Shown here one piece after another: positions 25,385-39,279 of a stretch of DNA of 64,000 nucleotides. Within the stretch, counting starts at the first letter, position 1; every line of letters starts with the position of its first letter. The position numbers were made by a program, and so were the translations under genes. The notes beneath the pieces were generated by a model. That model did not search any database and was not told the DNA's origin. It worked only from the letters and a program-made list of their open reading frames with translations. The stretch comes from Heterodontus francisci (Eukaryota): contig NC_090415.1 of assembly GCF_036365525.1 (NCBI RefSeq), forward strand, positions 9,734,001-9,798,000, written 5' to 3'.

Positions 25385-26068
25385 ATGACCGATACTGCAG
25401 CCGCCGAAACGGCTCCTCCAGCCGCCGCCGCTACAGTCAAGACACCCAAGAAGAAGAAGGCGGCTCCTCGGAAAGGGTCAGGCGGTCCCAAGTTGGGCGA
25501 GCTGATCCTCAAGACTGTGGCGGAATGCAGTGTCCGCAGTGGGATGTCACTGCAGGCAATAAAGAAGGCTCTGCGTGTTAAAGGTGTCGATGTGGAGAAG
25601 GGCAAGTTCCAAATCAAGCAAAGTATCAAGCGGCTTGTGGCGAAAGACTTCCTGGTGCAGACGAAGGGCACGGGGGCCTCCGGCACCTTCAAAATCGCGG
25701 AACAGGAAAAGAAGGGAAATGTGGTGAAGAAGATTAAGACAGGAGCAGCCAAGAGATCTTTAGTGAAGAAAACAGCTGCCAAGAAACAGATAACAAAGAA
25801 AACAGCCAAGAAATCCCCAGGGAAGAAAATAGTCGCCAAGAAAGTGAGCAGCAAGAAGACAGCAGCCAAGAAAGTGAGCAGCAAGAAGACGGCAACGCCA
25901 AAGAAGGCGGTAAAGAAAGCAACGCTTCCAAAAAAATCTCCAGCGAAGAATGCCAAAAAAGCCAAGAGGGCCACGGGCGGAAAGCCGCCCAAGAAAGTCC
26001 AATCATCAAGGGGCGGGAAGAAGCCGAAAGCAGCAAAGGCTCAGAAAGCAGTCCCTGGAAAGAAGTGA
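25385..26068 (+). CDS. H1: Linker histone H1 (227 aa)
   Basis: MTDTAAAETAPPA N-tail, winged-helix domain (G.SLQAIKKAL..LVQTKGTGASGTFK), K/A-rich tail with S/TPxK motifs; ATG at 25385. Confidence 0.96.
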   Translation: MTDTAAAETAPPAAAATVKTPKKKKAAPRKGSGGPKLGELILKTVAECSVRSGMSLQAIKKALRVKGVDVEKGKFQIKQSIKRLVAKDFLVQTKGTGASGTFKIAEQEKKGNVVKKIKTGAAKRSLVKKTAAKKQITKKTAKKSPGKKIVAKKVSSKKTAAKKVSSKKTATPKKAVKKATLPKKSPAKNAKKAKRATGGKPPKKVQSSRGGKKPKAAKAQKAVPGKK

Positions 26069-26104
26069 AACAGCACGGGAAACTTGTAGACATCTGAACC
26101 CAAA

Positions 26105-26120
26105 GGCTCTTTTCAGAGCC
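26105..26120 (+). other. Histone 3' stem-loop (H1)
   Basis: GGCTCTTTTCAGAGCC followed by ACCCA and the purine-rich downstream element AAAGAGCTG. Confidence 0.95.
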
Positions 26121-26820
26121 ACCCACGTCTCTTAGGAAAGAGCTGATCCCCCGATCAAATGATCCCTGTCCCGCAGTCGTGTGCACATTTCACCTAGAAA
26201 TGATTTGAAGTATATCCAGGTTCCCTGGTGACTCTCAACCCAGCCCTCCTCACTCTAACAAATCAGGGATGTCCGGGCCTCACTGTACCCGGGTATATGT
26301 TCGGTGAAGTCTCAGTTCATGCTCGTTTCAGGGTGACAGCCTGTAACACAGTAACACGGGCGAGATACCCCGCGTCACATCTCAAACCCCAATACATGAT
26401 TTTCCAAAATTCAGCTGGGGTTAGGTTTCAGTAAACTGCTCAATCCGTCTGGGAGGAGAGGTGTGCCGAAACAGGTTGACTTGTGATCGGAAGCACTGCA
26501 CTTAGGCGGGTGTATTACTAACTTTTAATTGTAACAGATCCTTATTTAAAGCGCTAATTTCTGTTATCAGTGACTATCAATGTCGAATCTCCATGTTTTA
26601 TGCTGAGCTCGAATGTCGAGAACTGTTTTTTCTTGAATTGGCGGTTCGAGCAAGTGGGAGGCGGAGCGAGAGGATCAAAGACATTTCTCTGCTCTGTCTG
26701 TCACTCAATTTCCTCCAGACCCGCCTCTGGCTCTCTGTCTCTTTCTCAGTCAGGTTGGGGCAGGCTGTATAAAAAGGCAGCAGAAACTACTCGTTTCTCA
26801 TTCACAAACGATTTGTCTGA

Positions 26821-27141
<321 letters not shown>

Positions 27142-27171
27142 ACAAATCGACCTTGTCTAACAAAAACAAAA

Positions 27172-27187
27172 GGCTCTTCTAAGAGCC
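27172..27187 (+). other. Histone 3' stem-loop (H4)
   Basis: GGCTCTTCTAAGAGCC followed by ACCC. Confidence 0.93.
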
Positions 27188-27679
27188 ACCCATAACTTCA
27201 TACAGAGATAAGTTACCTTGAAACTGCAGCGCGGATGTCCAGGTTTGGAACTGGTGCCGTGATATTTAGGGATATGAAACGGTTGTAGCTCAGGATATCA
27301 TGATATCTGCATCTAATTTTGTATAAATACTTTTGCTTAAATACAGTATTGCTTTCTCATAGTCATTTTCCGTGTCACAATTTTCACTGTGGTTTTTCTG
27401 TTCCATGTTCATTCACTGCGTCATGAATTAAACGGTTGCATGTGAAAATGTCCATTGACGACCTGAACTGCCGGTATAGATGCTGGATTTACTCACGTTA
27501 GAACATGCAATGACCGGAGCTTTATTCCCGCCAGACACCGAACATGGAATGAACACCAATTCAAACCGTGTGGGAAGATAGAAGGGGATCTGGAGCGGGA
27601 AAAAATGACGCTGCAAGCACTGAGATTTTATAATTGTTCCCGCCGAATTAGGTTTTATTTAATCTTTGAGTAGTTTGCT

Positions 27680-27860
27680 AATTTGAAAATGGCGGGCTTT
27701 TTCAAATTGATGAAATTTCAGTTGCAGTTCAACCAATCAGGACGCAGCAATTCCCGAGGCCCATTCACTTCCCAAAGCGAGTTTCAAACTGAAATGAAGG
27801 ACGGGGCTGCATCCAATCACAACACTAGGGCGGTCCCTCAACTGTCTTAAATAGGCAGTC
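27680..27860 (+). promoter_or_regulatory. H3 promoter
   Basis: TTTGAAAATGGCGGGCTTTTTCAAA (CHR/E2F-like) at ~27682-27706; CCAAT at ~27733 and ~27813; TATA-like TTAAATA at ~27848. Confidence 0.65.
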
Positions 27861-27881
27861 CCTGAGCAGCCTCCGCATTAA

Positions 27882-28313
<432 letters not shown>

Positions 28314-28356
28314 ACTGACCCTGCCCGGAACTGAGTTCGGCATCAAATACCACAAC

Positions 28357-28372
28357 GGCTCTTTTAAGAGCC
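28357..28372 (+). other. Histone 3' stem-loop (H3)
   Basis: GGCTCTTTTAAGAGCC then ACCA, with AAAGAGTTG downstream. Confidence 0.95.
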
Positions 28373-28790
28373 ACCAAATCGACCAAAGAAAGAGTTGTGA
28401 TCTCTTGTTCATTCCAGCACATAAACGTCTCAGAAGGATTTGACCATTTATTTACTCAAAGCCGGGAGACACAAATACTTTTGTCTGCATCCGGTAGCTG
28501 GAGATTTCATGACGTGGCAGTTGTAAGATCGAGAGTAGCGATACCAATGTGCACAGCGCATTTTAATAGACCGGCGATCATTTTAGGACTGAACAAATGT
28601 TTGTGGTACATAAAGGGTAGAATGGTAAAAGTGCCTTTCCAATAGGGTCTGAGGGAATTAGAATGTATTTCATCTGATGAGCAACTAAATGCCAAAATCC
28701 AGTACACTTCATTCCAACACAAAACAATGATAACAGTATAATATTACAGTCTTTCAGACAGTAACCAGCCCTTTCACAAATAAAGTGGGT

Positions 28791-28806
28791 GGCTCTGAAA
28801 AGAGCC
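28791..28806 (-). other. Histone 3' stem-loop (H2A)
   Basis: GGCTCTTTTCAGAGCC-ACCCA on the minus strand. Confidence 0.95.
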
Positions 28807-28836
28807 TTTGGGTTCACAGATTCAAGTCAGGCCGCT

Positions 28837-29346
<510 letters not shown>

Positions 29347-30091
29347 TCATTGTGCTGTACATGTTACCAATCAGAGAGCTGCTCAATTCACCAATCACAA
29401 GAAGACAGTGAGTTGAGAGCGGAAAATAAGAGCGCGAAATGGTCAGGCTCCCAACGATATTTCACATTTGAAAAGCCCGCCAATATATTTGTAAAACAAG
29501 GGGCGGCTTCAATATCAAATATCACATTTATAGGTTATATTGTTTTGCAGAAAACATTGCAAAAACGTGTTCATTTTTTTATTCCACATTTTGTTCCAGA
29601 TTCGCTTTTGTAATCCGCCATGTATTCTGCTTTATTCTTTTTCATGATACAGTCTAACCAGCGGCTGAAAGACTCATTCACAGTATTTTGTAACCGGACA
29701 CATTTCAGGTCAATCTTCGTAATTATACTGTATCACTGATTCTAGATTGATCCCTTTTCGTGGGAGACAAAAGCGGAGCATAGATTTTCAGTGTCACGGG
29801 TTAGAGACTGAGGGTGCCTAAACCAACGGGGTTTCTTAACAATGTACTTATTCATAAAGATAGCCAAACTTCAACACGGCAACCAAGTAACTGAGAACAT
29901 CTTTAAATCATGCGTTAAATCAGCTTTCATTTTCGAAATATAGCAAAGGGGCCGAATGAATCTGCATTAACCTGACCGGATTTAAACAGAGATTTACAAC
30001 CACCATCAAAAATTTGCAAAGTATTCATATTAACAGAAAAAAAATTCGATAATCATGATGATGTTGTAGCTATTTCAGAGAAGTTGTGGGT

Positions 30092-30107
30092 GGCTCTTAA
30101 AAGAGCC
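30092..30107 (-). other. Histone 3' stem-loop (H2B)
   Basis: GGCTCTTTTAAGAGCC-ACCCA on the minus strand. Confidence 0.95.
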
Positions 30108-30146
30108 TTTTTGTGTTTCGGGTGTGTTTCAGTACATTGCGGATAT

Positions 30147-30527
30147 TTACTTGGAGCTGGTGTACTTGGTGACCGCCTTTGTACCTTCCGACACGGCGTG
30201 TTTGGCCAGCTCCCCGGGCAGCAGCAGGCGCACGGCGGTCTGGATCTCCCGGGAGCTGATGGTGCTGCGTTTGTTGTAATGGGCCAGGCGGGAAGCCTCA
30301 CCCGCGATTCGCTCGAAAATATCATTCACAAACGAATTCATGATGCTCATGGCCTTGGAGGAGATGCCGGTGTCAGGGTGAACCTGCTTCATCACTTTGT
30401 ACACGTAGATGGAGTAACTTTCTCTCCTGGATTTTCTCCGTTTCTTGCTGCCCTTCGTTGGCGCCTTCTTCTGAGTTTTCTTGGCGCCTTTCTTGGAAGG
30501 TGCTGCTGTTTTCTTCTCGTCAACCAT
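30147..30527 (-). CDS. H2B: Histone H2B (126 aa)
   Basis: [32 protein letters not shown]; ATG at 30527. Confidence 0.98.
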   Translation of the reverse strand: MVDEKKTAAPSKKGAKKTQKKAPTKGSKKRRKSRRESYSIYVYKVMKQVHPDTGISSKAMSIMNSFVNDIFERIAGEASRLAHYNKRSTISSREIQTAVRLLLPGELAKHAVSEGTKAVTKYTSSK

Positions 30528-30675
30528 GATCGCGATCAACTTCAGACACAGAATAACCGAAATTTCGCTCCAAGCTCGCATTTTATAGACATCCCCAGAA
30601 ACCTATGCTAATAAAGGATGGGAGAAGACCATGCTCATGATTGGCTGGTTTACAATGATGTCACTGCCTGATGTT

Positions 30676-30980
30676 GGGCGGCGCAGTGGTTCGCACCGCA
30701 GCCTCACAGCTCCAGTGACCCGAGTTCAATTCCCGGCACTGCCTGTGTGGAGTTTGCAAGTTCTCCCTGTGTCTGCGTGGTTTTCCTCCAGGTGCTCCGG
30801 TTTCCTCCCACATGCTGGTTGATAGGTTAATTGGCCATTATAAAAATAGGTGGGAATGTGGTAGGAATATGGAATTAGTGAAGGATTAGTATAAATGGGT
30901 GGTTGATGGTCGGCACAGACTCGGTGGGCCGAAGGGCCTGTTTCAGTGCTGTATCTCTAAAACTAAAACTAAAAGCTAAA
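30676..30980 (+). mobile_element. tRNA-derived SINE, internally deleted, inside the H2B promoter
   Basis: Head GGCGCAGTGGTT, V-type core, (TAAAAC)n tail; absent at the equivalent sites ~200 and ~52605. Confidence 0.9.
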
Positions 30981-31624
30981 TCTGTCTGATTGGATATCTA
31001 AAGTAACCAATCACACTTCATGCCTATCACAGCCACAAACTGACGCAGCAGTCAGATCGTCCAAACCCCTTTGCCCGTCCTTAACCATGACTTTCTCAGT
31101 CCCTCTGCCTCTTCATCCATTTCCATTTTGCTGGTACGAACACGTCTATTTTTTCACTCTGTACATATAATTTCTCGACACTTCCATTCCTTATCAGGAT
31201 GTACCGGCCTGCTGCACTTCCGTTCATCACCAGGACGGAACCGTCCAGTATAGTTGGGGTCAGACATGGGCAAGTGCAAGTATTGAAGTGCAAGTCTTTA
31301 AATCTATGTTGCGTGCCAAATAAGGTTGGTCAGCTGCAGCCACAAGTAACCACATGAAAGATTTATATAGTGGCAATTACATAATACTGGCTGAAACTAG
31401 GCGAGGCAAGGGAACTTATTATTACTGGCTACAAATATTCAGCAAGACAGGTCTGAAAAAATATGGAGGGTTGTGGAGTGGAAAGAGTTGATCAAATATA
31501 ATATGATAACACTGGCAGCGATGATGTTTTTGAGTTATTAACAAAAGAATCTATTTGGTCATATATACGGAATATGGCAGGAGGAAATGCATGAACATTC
31601 TGGGTCGTGTCATGTTTGTCTTTC

Positions 31625-32615
31625 CCTGCAGGACATGTGAGTGTGGGTCTCATTCTGTGTCTATCAGTATGTGATATTTAACTGTGGCTTTTACTCCATA
31701 TTGGTCAATCTATGGTCAATGATTTTGTGATTTAATTCAGTAATTTCAATCTTCAATAGGTGATTCTGTTTTTTTTTTCTTTCTCTGTAACATTCAGTTT
31801 CTAACTGGGTGATTATGAGTTTTGTTCTGTACCTATGAGCTTCTACTGAGTGAGTGTGGGTTTTGTTATGTATCTGTTAATCTCTGATTTTGAAGTCTGG
31901 GCATTTCTCTTTATCTGTTAATTTCTGAATTGTGAATTTGGATTTTAATCTGCACCTGTCAGTTTCTGGTATGAAAGGTTGTTTGATTTTGTCTCTGTAC
32001 CTGTTAGTAAGTGACATTTTTGTGTAGCTTTACACAGCACATGTTAATTGATGACACGTCAGCGTTGTTTTCACTCGACATGTCAGTCTCTGGTTTGGAG
32101 GCCTCACCTGTGTTCTGTACCCATCAGACGTCTTCATTTAAGAATGGGTTTTAACCTGTTCCTTTCAATCTGTTGTATGTAAGTACTGTTTATTCTCTGT
32201 ATCTGTAAGTTTCTGATGAATGAATGTGGTCTGTATCACATCCCTGTCAGTGGTTCATTAAGAGATATTTTACACTGTACCTGCCCGTTCTGATATGTGA
32301 GTGTGGGTTGTGATCTACGGCTGGCCGTTTCTGGTATGCGACATGAGCATTGTTTTTACTCTGTGCATGTTAGCCTCAAGTGCAGAAGCTGGGTTTAATA
32401 GTACAGCTCACTCTCTGCTGTATGATTATGGATTTTCATCTGGACAAGTTAATTTCTGGCACGGGCATGTGAATTTTATTCTCTATGCCAATTTATGGTA
32501 TGTGATTATGTGTTCTTTCTGTTCTGTCAGTTTCTGCTGAACTGTATGGTGGATTTGCTTTCAATCTGCCAAGTTCTGCGATGTGAATGTTGGTTTTACT
32601 TTGTATTTGTCATCG
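31625..32615 (+). repeat. Degenerate ~41-bp satellite block (paralog of 2085-3065)
   Basis: Colinear with 2085-3065. Confidence 0.78.
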
Positions 32616-32616
32616 A

Positions 32617-33595
32617 GAGATAGAGTCATAGAGTTATACAGCACAGAAACAGGCCCTTAGACACATTGATGGCCGGCACAGGCACAATCAGTGATCTATT
32701 CTAATCCCATTTTCCAGCACTTGGCCCATTGCCTTGTATGCTATGGCCTTTCAAATGTATATCTAAATACTTCTTAAATGTTGTGTGGGGTCCTGCCTCT
32801 ACCACCCCTTTCAGGTAATGTGTTCCAGATTCCAACCACCATCTGGGTGAAAATGAAAAAAAAACAATCCTCAAATCCCCTCTAAACCTCCTGCTTCTTA
32901 CATTAAATCATGGCTGATCTGTTTCTGACTTGAATTCCACACTCCTATCTCCTCCCAATAATCTTTGATTCCCTTGCCTAACAAGAATCTATCAAGACCT
33001 GACTGAAAAAATAATATATTCAGTGACACCGCCTCCACCACCTTCTCAAGCACTGAATTTCAAAGTCTCACAAACCTCAGAGGGATAAAAAAAATCTCCT
33101 CATCTCGGACCTAAAAGTGTGACCCATACTTTTAAAGCAGCGCCCCCGATTTCTGAACTCATCCACAAGAGGAAACATCCTTTCCCCATCCACCTTGTCA
33201 AGACCATTCAGGATCTTATACACTACAATCAAGTCTGCCCTCACTCTTCTAAACTCAAGTGAAAACTAACCCAGTCTGTCCAACCTTTCCTCATAAGACA
33301 TCCACTCATTCCAGGTATCAATCTAATAAACCTCCTCTGAAACACCTCCAACACATTTACTTCCTTCCTTAAATATGGAGACCAAAACTGCACACAGTAT
33401 TCGAGCTGTGGTCTCACCAAAGCCCCGTATAACTGAAGCATAACATCCTTAGATTAATTTTCAATTCCTGTTGTAATAAAGGATAACTTTCCAATTCCCT
33501 TTGTGATTTGCCATACCTGCATACTAACGTTTTGTGACTCAAGCACAAGAACACCTGGATCCCTCTGCACCTCAGAATTCTGCAGTCATTCTCCG
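32617..33595 (-). mobile_element. CR1 LINE 3' fragments
   Basis: MLQLYGALVRPQLEYCVQFWSPYLRK; 3' tail homologous to 3066-3330. Confidence 0.85.
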
Positions 33596-33780
33596 CAGAT
33601 ACTCAGCAGGCCTGCCAGCATCTGTGGAGACAGAAACAGAGATAACCATTCAGGTCAATGGTCTTTCATCAGAAAGGTCCGTTCTGATCGAAGGTCATTG
33701 ACCTGAAATGTTAACTCACTTTCTCTCTCTACAGGTGCTGCCAGACTTGCAGATTATTTCCAGCATTTTCTGTTTTCATT
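33596..33780. mobile_element. Palindromic PLE-terminus element (paralog of 6660-6890)
   Basis: ..TTTCATCAGAA aggtcc GTTCTGATCGAAGGTCATTGACCTGAAATGTTAAC.. Confidence 0.8.
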
Positions 33781-34545
33781 TCCACTGTCCATCGTATATT
33801 CTGGCAAATGAATGTGGGATTAATCTTTAACCTTTGGTTTCTGATATGCAAATGTGGATTTTACCTAGCATGTTGTCAGTTACTGCAATGCAAATATCTG
33901 TTTTATTCTGTAACATTTTGTTTGTGGTAATTGATTGTGGGTTTTACTCTGCATCTGCCAGTCTCTGTAATGTGAATGTGGCTTTTGTCTGTGCATGATT
34001 TGTGAGTATGTGTTTTACTTTCCCTGTATGTTTCTCAATGTGGATTTTGCTATGTACCTCAGTTACTTTATGTGTATATGTTGTATTCTGTTTCTGTGCA
34101 TCTATGATGAGTGTTACATTTCCCCTGTATCTATCAGAATCACTCTTGTGAGGATGGTCATTATTCTGTACTTGTTGGTTTATGGTAGTCCTTGATTTAT
34201 ACTTTTACGGTCACTCTCTGATATGCTACTATACAGTTTACTCTGCACTTGTCAGATTCTGCTATGTGATATTGTCTTTTATCTATCTGTCTGTGTCTGG
34301 TATCCTATTGCAAGTTTTACTGTATACCCATCAGCTTCTGGTATTTTAGTATGAGGTTCACATTGTATCTTTCATCTTGTTGTGTGTGAATCTGCTTCTG
34401 CCTTGAACTGACAGTTTCTACTCTGTGAGTGTACATTTGAAGGGTGCTTGTTAACTTCTGCGAAATAGATGATCGTTTTACTCTGTGCATGTCAGTCACT
34501 GCAATGGGAAGTTGGGATTCATGCTGTATCTGCCATTTGATTTAT
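33780..34545 (+). repeat. Degenerate ~41-bp satellite block (paralog of 6890-7660)
   Basis: Colinear with 6890-7660. Confidence 0.75.
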
Positions 34546-34564
34546 TGATCTATTCTGGTTTTTG

Positions 34565-35599
34565 GCTGGCCCATACAAGACAGAGGGTGGTAGTAGATGG
34601 AAAGTATTCAGCCTGGAGCTCGGTGACCAGTGGTGTTCCACAGAGATCTGTTCTGGGACCTCTGCTCTTTGTGATTTTTATAAATGACTTGGATGAGGAA
34701 GTGGAAGGCTGGGTTAGCAAGTTTGCCGAAGACACGAAGATTGCTGGAGTTGTGGATAGTGTGGAAGGCTGTTGTAGGTTGCAATGGGACATTGACAGGA
34801 TGCAGAGCTGGGCTGAGAAGTGGCAGATGGAGTTCAACCTGGAAAAGTGTGAAGTGATCCATTTTGGAAGGTCGAATTTGAATGCAGAATACAGGCTTAA
34901 AGACAGGATTCTTGGTAGTGTGGAGGAACAGAGGGATCTTGGGGTCCAGGTCCATAAATCGCTCAAAGTTGCCACCCAAGTTGATAGGGTTGTTAAAAGG
35001 CGTATGGTGTGTTGGCTTTCATTAACAGGGGGATTGAGTTTAAGAGCCGCGAGGTTATGCTGCAGCTCTATAAAGCCCTGGTTAGACCACACTTGGAATA
35101 TTGTGTTCAGTTCTGGTCGCCTCATTATAGGAAGGATGTGGAAGCTTTAGAGAGGGTGCAGAGATTTACCAGGCTGCTGCCTGGACTGGAGGGCATGTCT
35201 TACGAAGAAAGGTTGAGGGAGCTAGGGCTCTTCTCATTGGAGCAAAGAAGGATGAGAGGTGACTTGATAGAGGGGTACAAGATGATGAGAGGCATAGATA
35301 GAGTGGATAGCCAGAGACTTTTTCCCAGGGTGGAAAGGGCTATCACCAGGGGGCATAATTTTAAGGTGATTGGAGGAAGGTTTCGGGGAGATGTCAGAGG
35401 TAGGGTCTTTACACAGAGATTGGTGGGTGTGTGGAATGCACTGCCAGTGCTGGTAGTAGAAGCAGATACATTAGGAACATTTAAGCGACTCTTGGATAGG
35501 AACATGGATGATAGTAGAAAGAAGGGTATGCAGGTAGTTTGATCTTAGAGTAGGTTAAAGGTTCGGCACAACATCGTGGGCCGAAGGGCCTGTACTGTT
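34565..35599 (+). mobile_element. Relatively young 5'-truncated CR1 (HER1-like)
   Basis: QRVVVDG..GVPQRSVLGPLLFVIFINDLD..KFAEDTK; RPHLEYCVQFWSPHY; one frameshift; tail GTGGGCCGAAGGGCCTGT shared with the SINEs. Confidence 0.92.
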
Positions 35600-35943
35600 T
35601 AGTTTAGTTTAGAGATACAGCACTGAAACAGGCCCTTCGGCCCACCGAATCTGTGCCGACCATCAACCACCCATTTATACTAATCCTACACGAATCCCAT
35701 ATTCCTACCACATCCCCACCTGTCCCTATATTTCCCTACCACCTACCTATACGAGGGGCAATTTATAATGGCCAATTAACCGATCAACCTGCAAGTCTTT
35801 GGCATGTGGGAGGAAACCAGAGAACCCGGAGGAAACCCACGCAGACACAGGGAGAACTTGCAAACTCCACACAGGCAGTACCCAGAATTGAACCCGGGTC
35901 GCTGGAGCTGTGAGGCTGCAGTGCTAACCACTGCGCCACTGTG
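35600..35943 (-). mobile_element. tRNA-derived SINE, full length
   Basis: Target-site duplication CTGTACTGTT (35590-35599, 35944-35953); (TAAAC)n tail. Confidence 0.92.
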
Positions 35944-35959
35944 CTGTACTGTTCTATAC

Positions 35960-37500
35960 CCCGTATCCTGAGACTGTGACCCCTGGTTCTGGACTCCCCA
36001 GCCATCGGGAACATCCTCCCTGCATTCAGCATGAATCCTGTTAGAATTTTATTGGTTTCTATGAGATCCCCTCTCATTCTTCTAAACCAAAGTAAATGTA
36101 GGCCAACTTGACCCAATCTCTCCTCATACATCAATCCTGCCATCCCAGGAAACAAGGCGAGAACAAAATTCCGAAGATAAATAGACCAAAACTACACACA
36201 ATACGGTGGCACAGTGGTTAGCACCACAGCCTCACAGCTCCAGCGACATGGGTTTGGTTCTGGGGACTGCTTGTGCGGAGTTTGCAAGTTCTTCCTGTGA
36301 CCATGTGGGTTTCCGCTGGGTGCTCTGAATTTCTCCCACAGCCAAAGACTTGCAGGTTGATAGGTAAATTTCCCATTGTAAATTGCCCCTAGTATAGGTT
36401 GGTGGTAGGGAAGGTGGTTAGAGGTAGGGAATATGGGATTAATGTAGGATTAGTATAAATAGGTGATTGTTGGTCGGATGGGGTTAATGTAGGATTAGTA
36501 TAAAAATGGGTGGTTGTTGGTCAGCACAGACTCGGTTGCCCAAAGGGCCTGGTTCAGTGCTGTATCACTCAATGACTCTAAATACTCCAGATGAGCCTCA
36601 CCAAGGCCTTGTATAACTGCAGTAAGACATCTGTGCTCCTGTACTCAAATCCTCTTGCAACGAAGGCCAACATACCATTTTCCTTCCTAATTGCTTGCTG
36701 CACCTGAATGCTTGCTTTCAGCGACTGATGTACAAGGACACCCAGGTCTCGTTGCACCTCCCCCTTTCCCTATCTATCACTATTCAGATAATAATCTGCT
36801 TTACTGTTTTAAAACCAAAGTGGATAACTTCACTTTTATCCTATTTATATTTCATCTGCCACGCAATTGCCTACTCACCCAACTTGTCCAAATCACATTG
36901 GAGCCTTTTGCATCCTCCTCACAGCTCACAATCCCTCCCCCCCCAAACCCCACCCCCAGCTCTGTGTCATCTGCAAACCTGGAAATGTTACATTTACTTC
37001 CCTCACCCAGGTCTGTAAGATATATTGTGAATAGCTGGGGCTCAAGCACAGTATCCTGCAGTACCCCACTGGACCCTGCCTGCCACCCAGAAATATACCC
37101 ATTTATTCCTACTCTGTTTCCTGTCTGTCAACTAATTCCCAATCCCTGCCAGTATATTACCCCCAATCCCATGTGCTTTAATTTTGCACACTAACCTCTT
37201 ATGTGGGACCTTGTCAAAAGCCTTCTGAAAATCCAAATGCACCACATCCACTAGTTCTCCATTATCTAGTCTGCGAGTTACATCCTCAAAAAACTCCAGT
37301 GGATTTGTTAAGCATGACTTCTCTTTCGTAAAACTATCACATCCTTTATAATAGACTCCAGTATTTTCCCCACCACTGATGTAAGGTTCACTCATCTGTA
37401 ATTCCTTTTTTTTTCTCCCTCCTTGTTTTAAATAGTGAGGTTACATTTTCCACCCTCCAATCTGTACGAACTGCTCCAGAGTCTACAGAATTTTGGAATA
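35960..37500 (-). mobile_element. CR1 LINE RT fragment
   Basis: KSCLTNPLEFFEDVT..DFQKAFDKVPHKRL, SRFADDT, RGDLIETNKILTG. Confidence 0.88.
36205..36580 (+). mobile_element. tRNA-derived SINE
   Basis: Head GGCACAGTGGTTAGCACC; flanked by AATAC; internal duplication of TTAATGTAGGATTAGTATAAA. Confidence 0.88.
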
Positions 37501-38684
37501 TCCGGTACTTCATATGTATCTCAGGCATTGTGGTGACAACTCTTTGTTTCACACGTTAATGTATCAATATGTGTTTACTTGTGTTTAATTTAAAATATGG
37601 ATTAACGATGTTTTATTGCTGTAGGTTTTATTCAATTCTTGTTTGTGAGTTGTAGCTTTTTATCCAATTTGTATCTCTGCAAAAGCAATTATGAATGACA
37701 ATCTTTCAATTTTAGAGTATGACCTGACATGTAATGTTAAATTCCATCAGTTTGTAGTAAATGAACAAATCCTGTATGTTTTTGTCTGACCCTTAGTGAC
37801 ATGTTTACACTGGTGTGTAATTTGTAGTTCAGTTTATATTGTGGGGTGTGTTATTGGGATTCATTCTGTAGCTTTCAATCAGGTACATTTTGCCTGTTCT
37901 GTTTATGATTTGGTATTTGAATTGTAGCCAAGGTGACACAGTGTATTTAAATCAGATAATGTGTGTGTTTTTGGACTGTGATTCATGTATCTACCAGTCA
38001 GTTGGAGAGAAATAGAAACAAATACTATCTCTATGCTCTGTTTGACTATTGGATTGATAATGTGTCTCTTTGGGATCAGTCTGGGTCTGACTACTTCTTT
38101 TGTTTGTTACAGTGGAAATGATGACCTGACCGTGTCACTGTGCTTTGTGACTGATACTGTACCTAATATGTGTTGGAACGAGCTGGAGGTACTTTTCCAT
38201 CTATTGACGAGTCATGACTTTCGTTCTGGTTCCTTCGAGTGTTTGCCTGGCAGAAAAAAAAGGTAACTCTTACACTTGAAGAACAGGTGAGTGAGAAGAC
38301 ACAAAAGTGATCAATGTAATATTTTCAATAATAATCATTCTGAGCAATCACAAAAGGAAAGTTCACACATAAGCAGTGTCAGTGTCTGAGTCCACTGCAG
38401 TACTGCAGCACTCTGCTTCTGTTTCCCAGGTATCTGGAGCAGTTTTACAGCAATTTTGTGACATTCAGAAACAACCCATGCCCCGCACTGCTCAATGACC
38501 TGGACGACTCAATGGAGAAGTGACATTTGCACAAGCCAGATTTCTATTTCCATGTTCAATTGTTCAATGGACAAGAAGTAATAACTGTTTAAAAAAGTGT
38601 CCTTAATCTCCTCTCCTGATCCTGCAATAGAGAGTCTTTGAAAATCTGCCATGTCTTCATTATTCAGCCATTTTTCCCCCACCA

Positions 38685-39028
38685 TTCATCGAGAGATACA
38701 ATACCTAAACAAGCCCTTCAACCCATCGAGTCCATGCTGACCACCAACCACCCATTTATACCAATCCTATATTAATCCCATTTTTCCCTCTAAAGTCCCC
38801 ACTATTCTCCCACAACATATCTACACCAGGGGCATTTTTTTTTTTTACAATGGCTAATTTGCCTATCAACTTGTAAGTCTTTGGCATGTGGAAGGAAACC
38901 AGAGCACCCAGCGGAACCCCATGCAGTCACAGGGAAAACTTGCAAAATCCACACAAGCAGTACGAAGAACCGGACCAATGTCACTGGAGCTGTGAGGCTG
39001 CGGTACTAGTCACTGTGCCACTCTGCCA
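38685..39028 (-). mobile_element. tRNA-derived SINE, diverged
   Basis: Same head, core and tail on the minus strand. Confidence 0.85.
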
Positions 39029-39279
39029 CCCAATTCACTATCCAACAACAACAAACAGTGAGATATTGAATCCAAACCAGGAACATTCATTACAGTTTGG
39101 AGAGAGAAATCAGCAATGATTTTGAAAAGGGAGTTCATCATATTCTGTCTCTCTCTCTCTCTGTCCAGACACTGCCCGAGAAAGACCTCTCCCTTTCCCC
39201 TGGCTCACTCCATGTTCCGGGACCAGTTCCTGCTTCACAGTGCATATTACAAACAGTCCCTCAGTCCTGCTGAATTAGC

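Noticed and set aside
25156-25992. Long antisense and alternative-frame ORFs over the histone genes (also 27825-28412, 28789-29325, 30084-30611, 50634-51179, 52016-52546)
   Set aside because: Shadow ORFs caused by histone codon bias; no independent start or promoter evidence.
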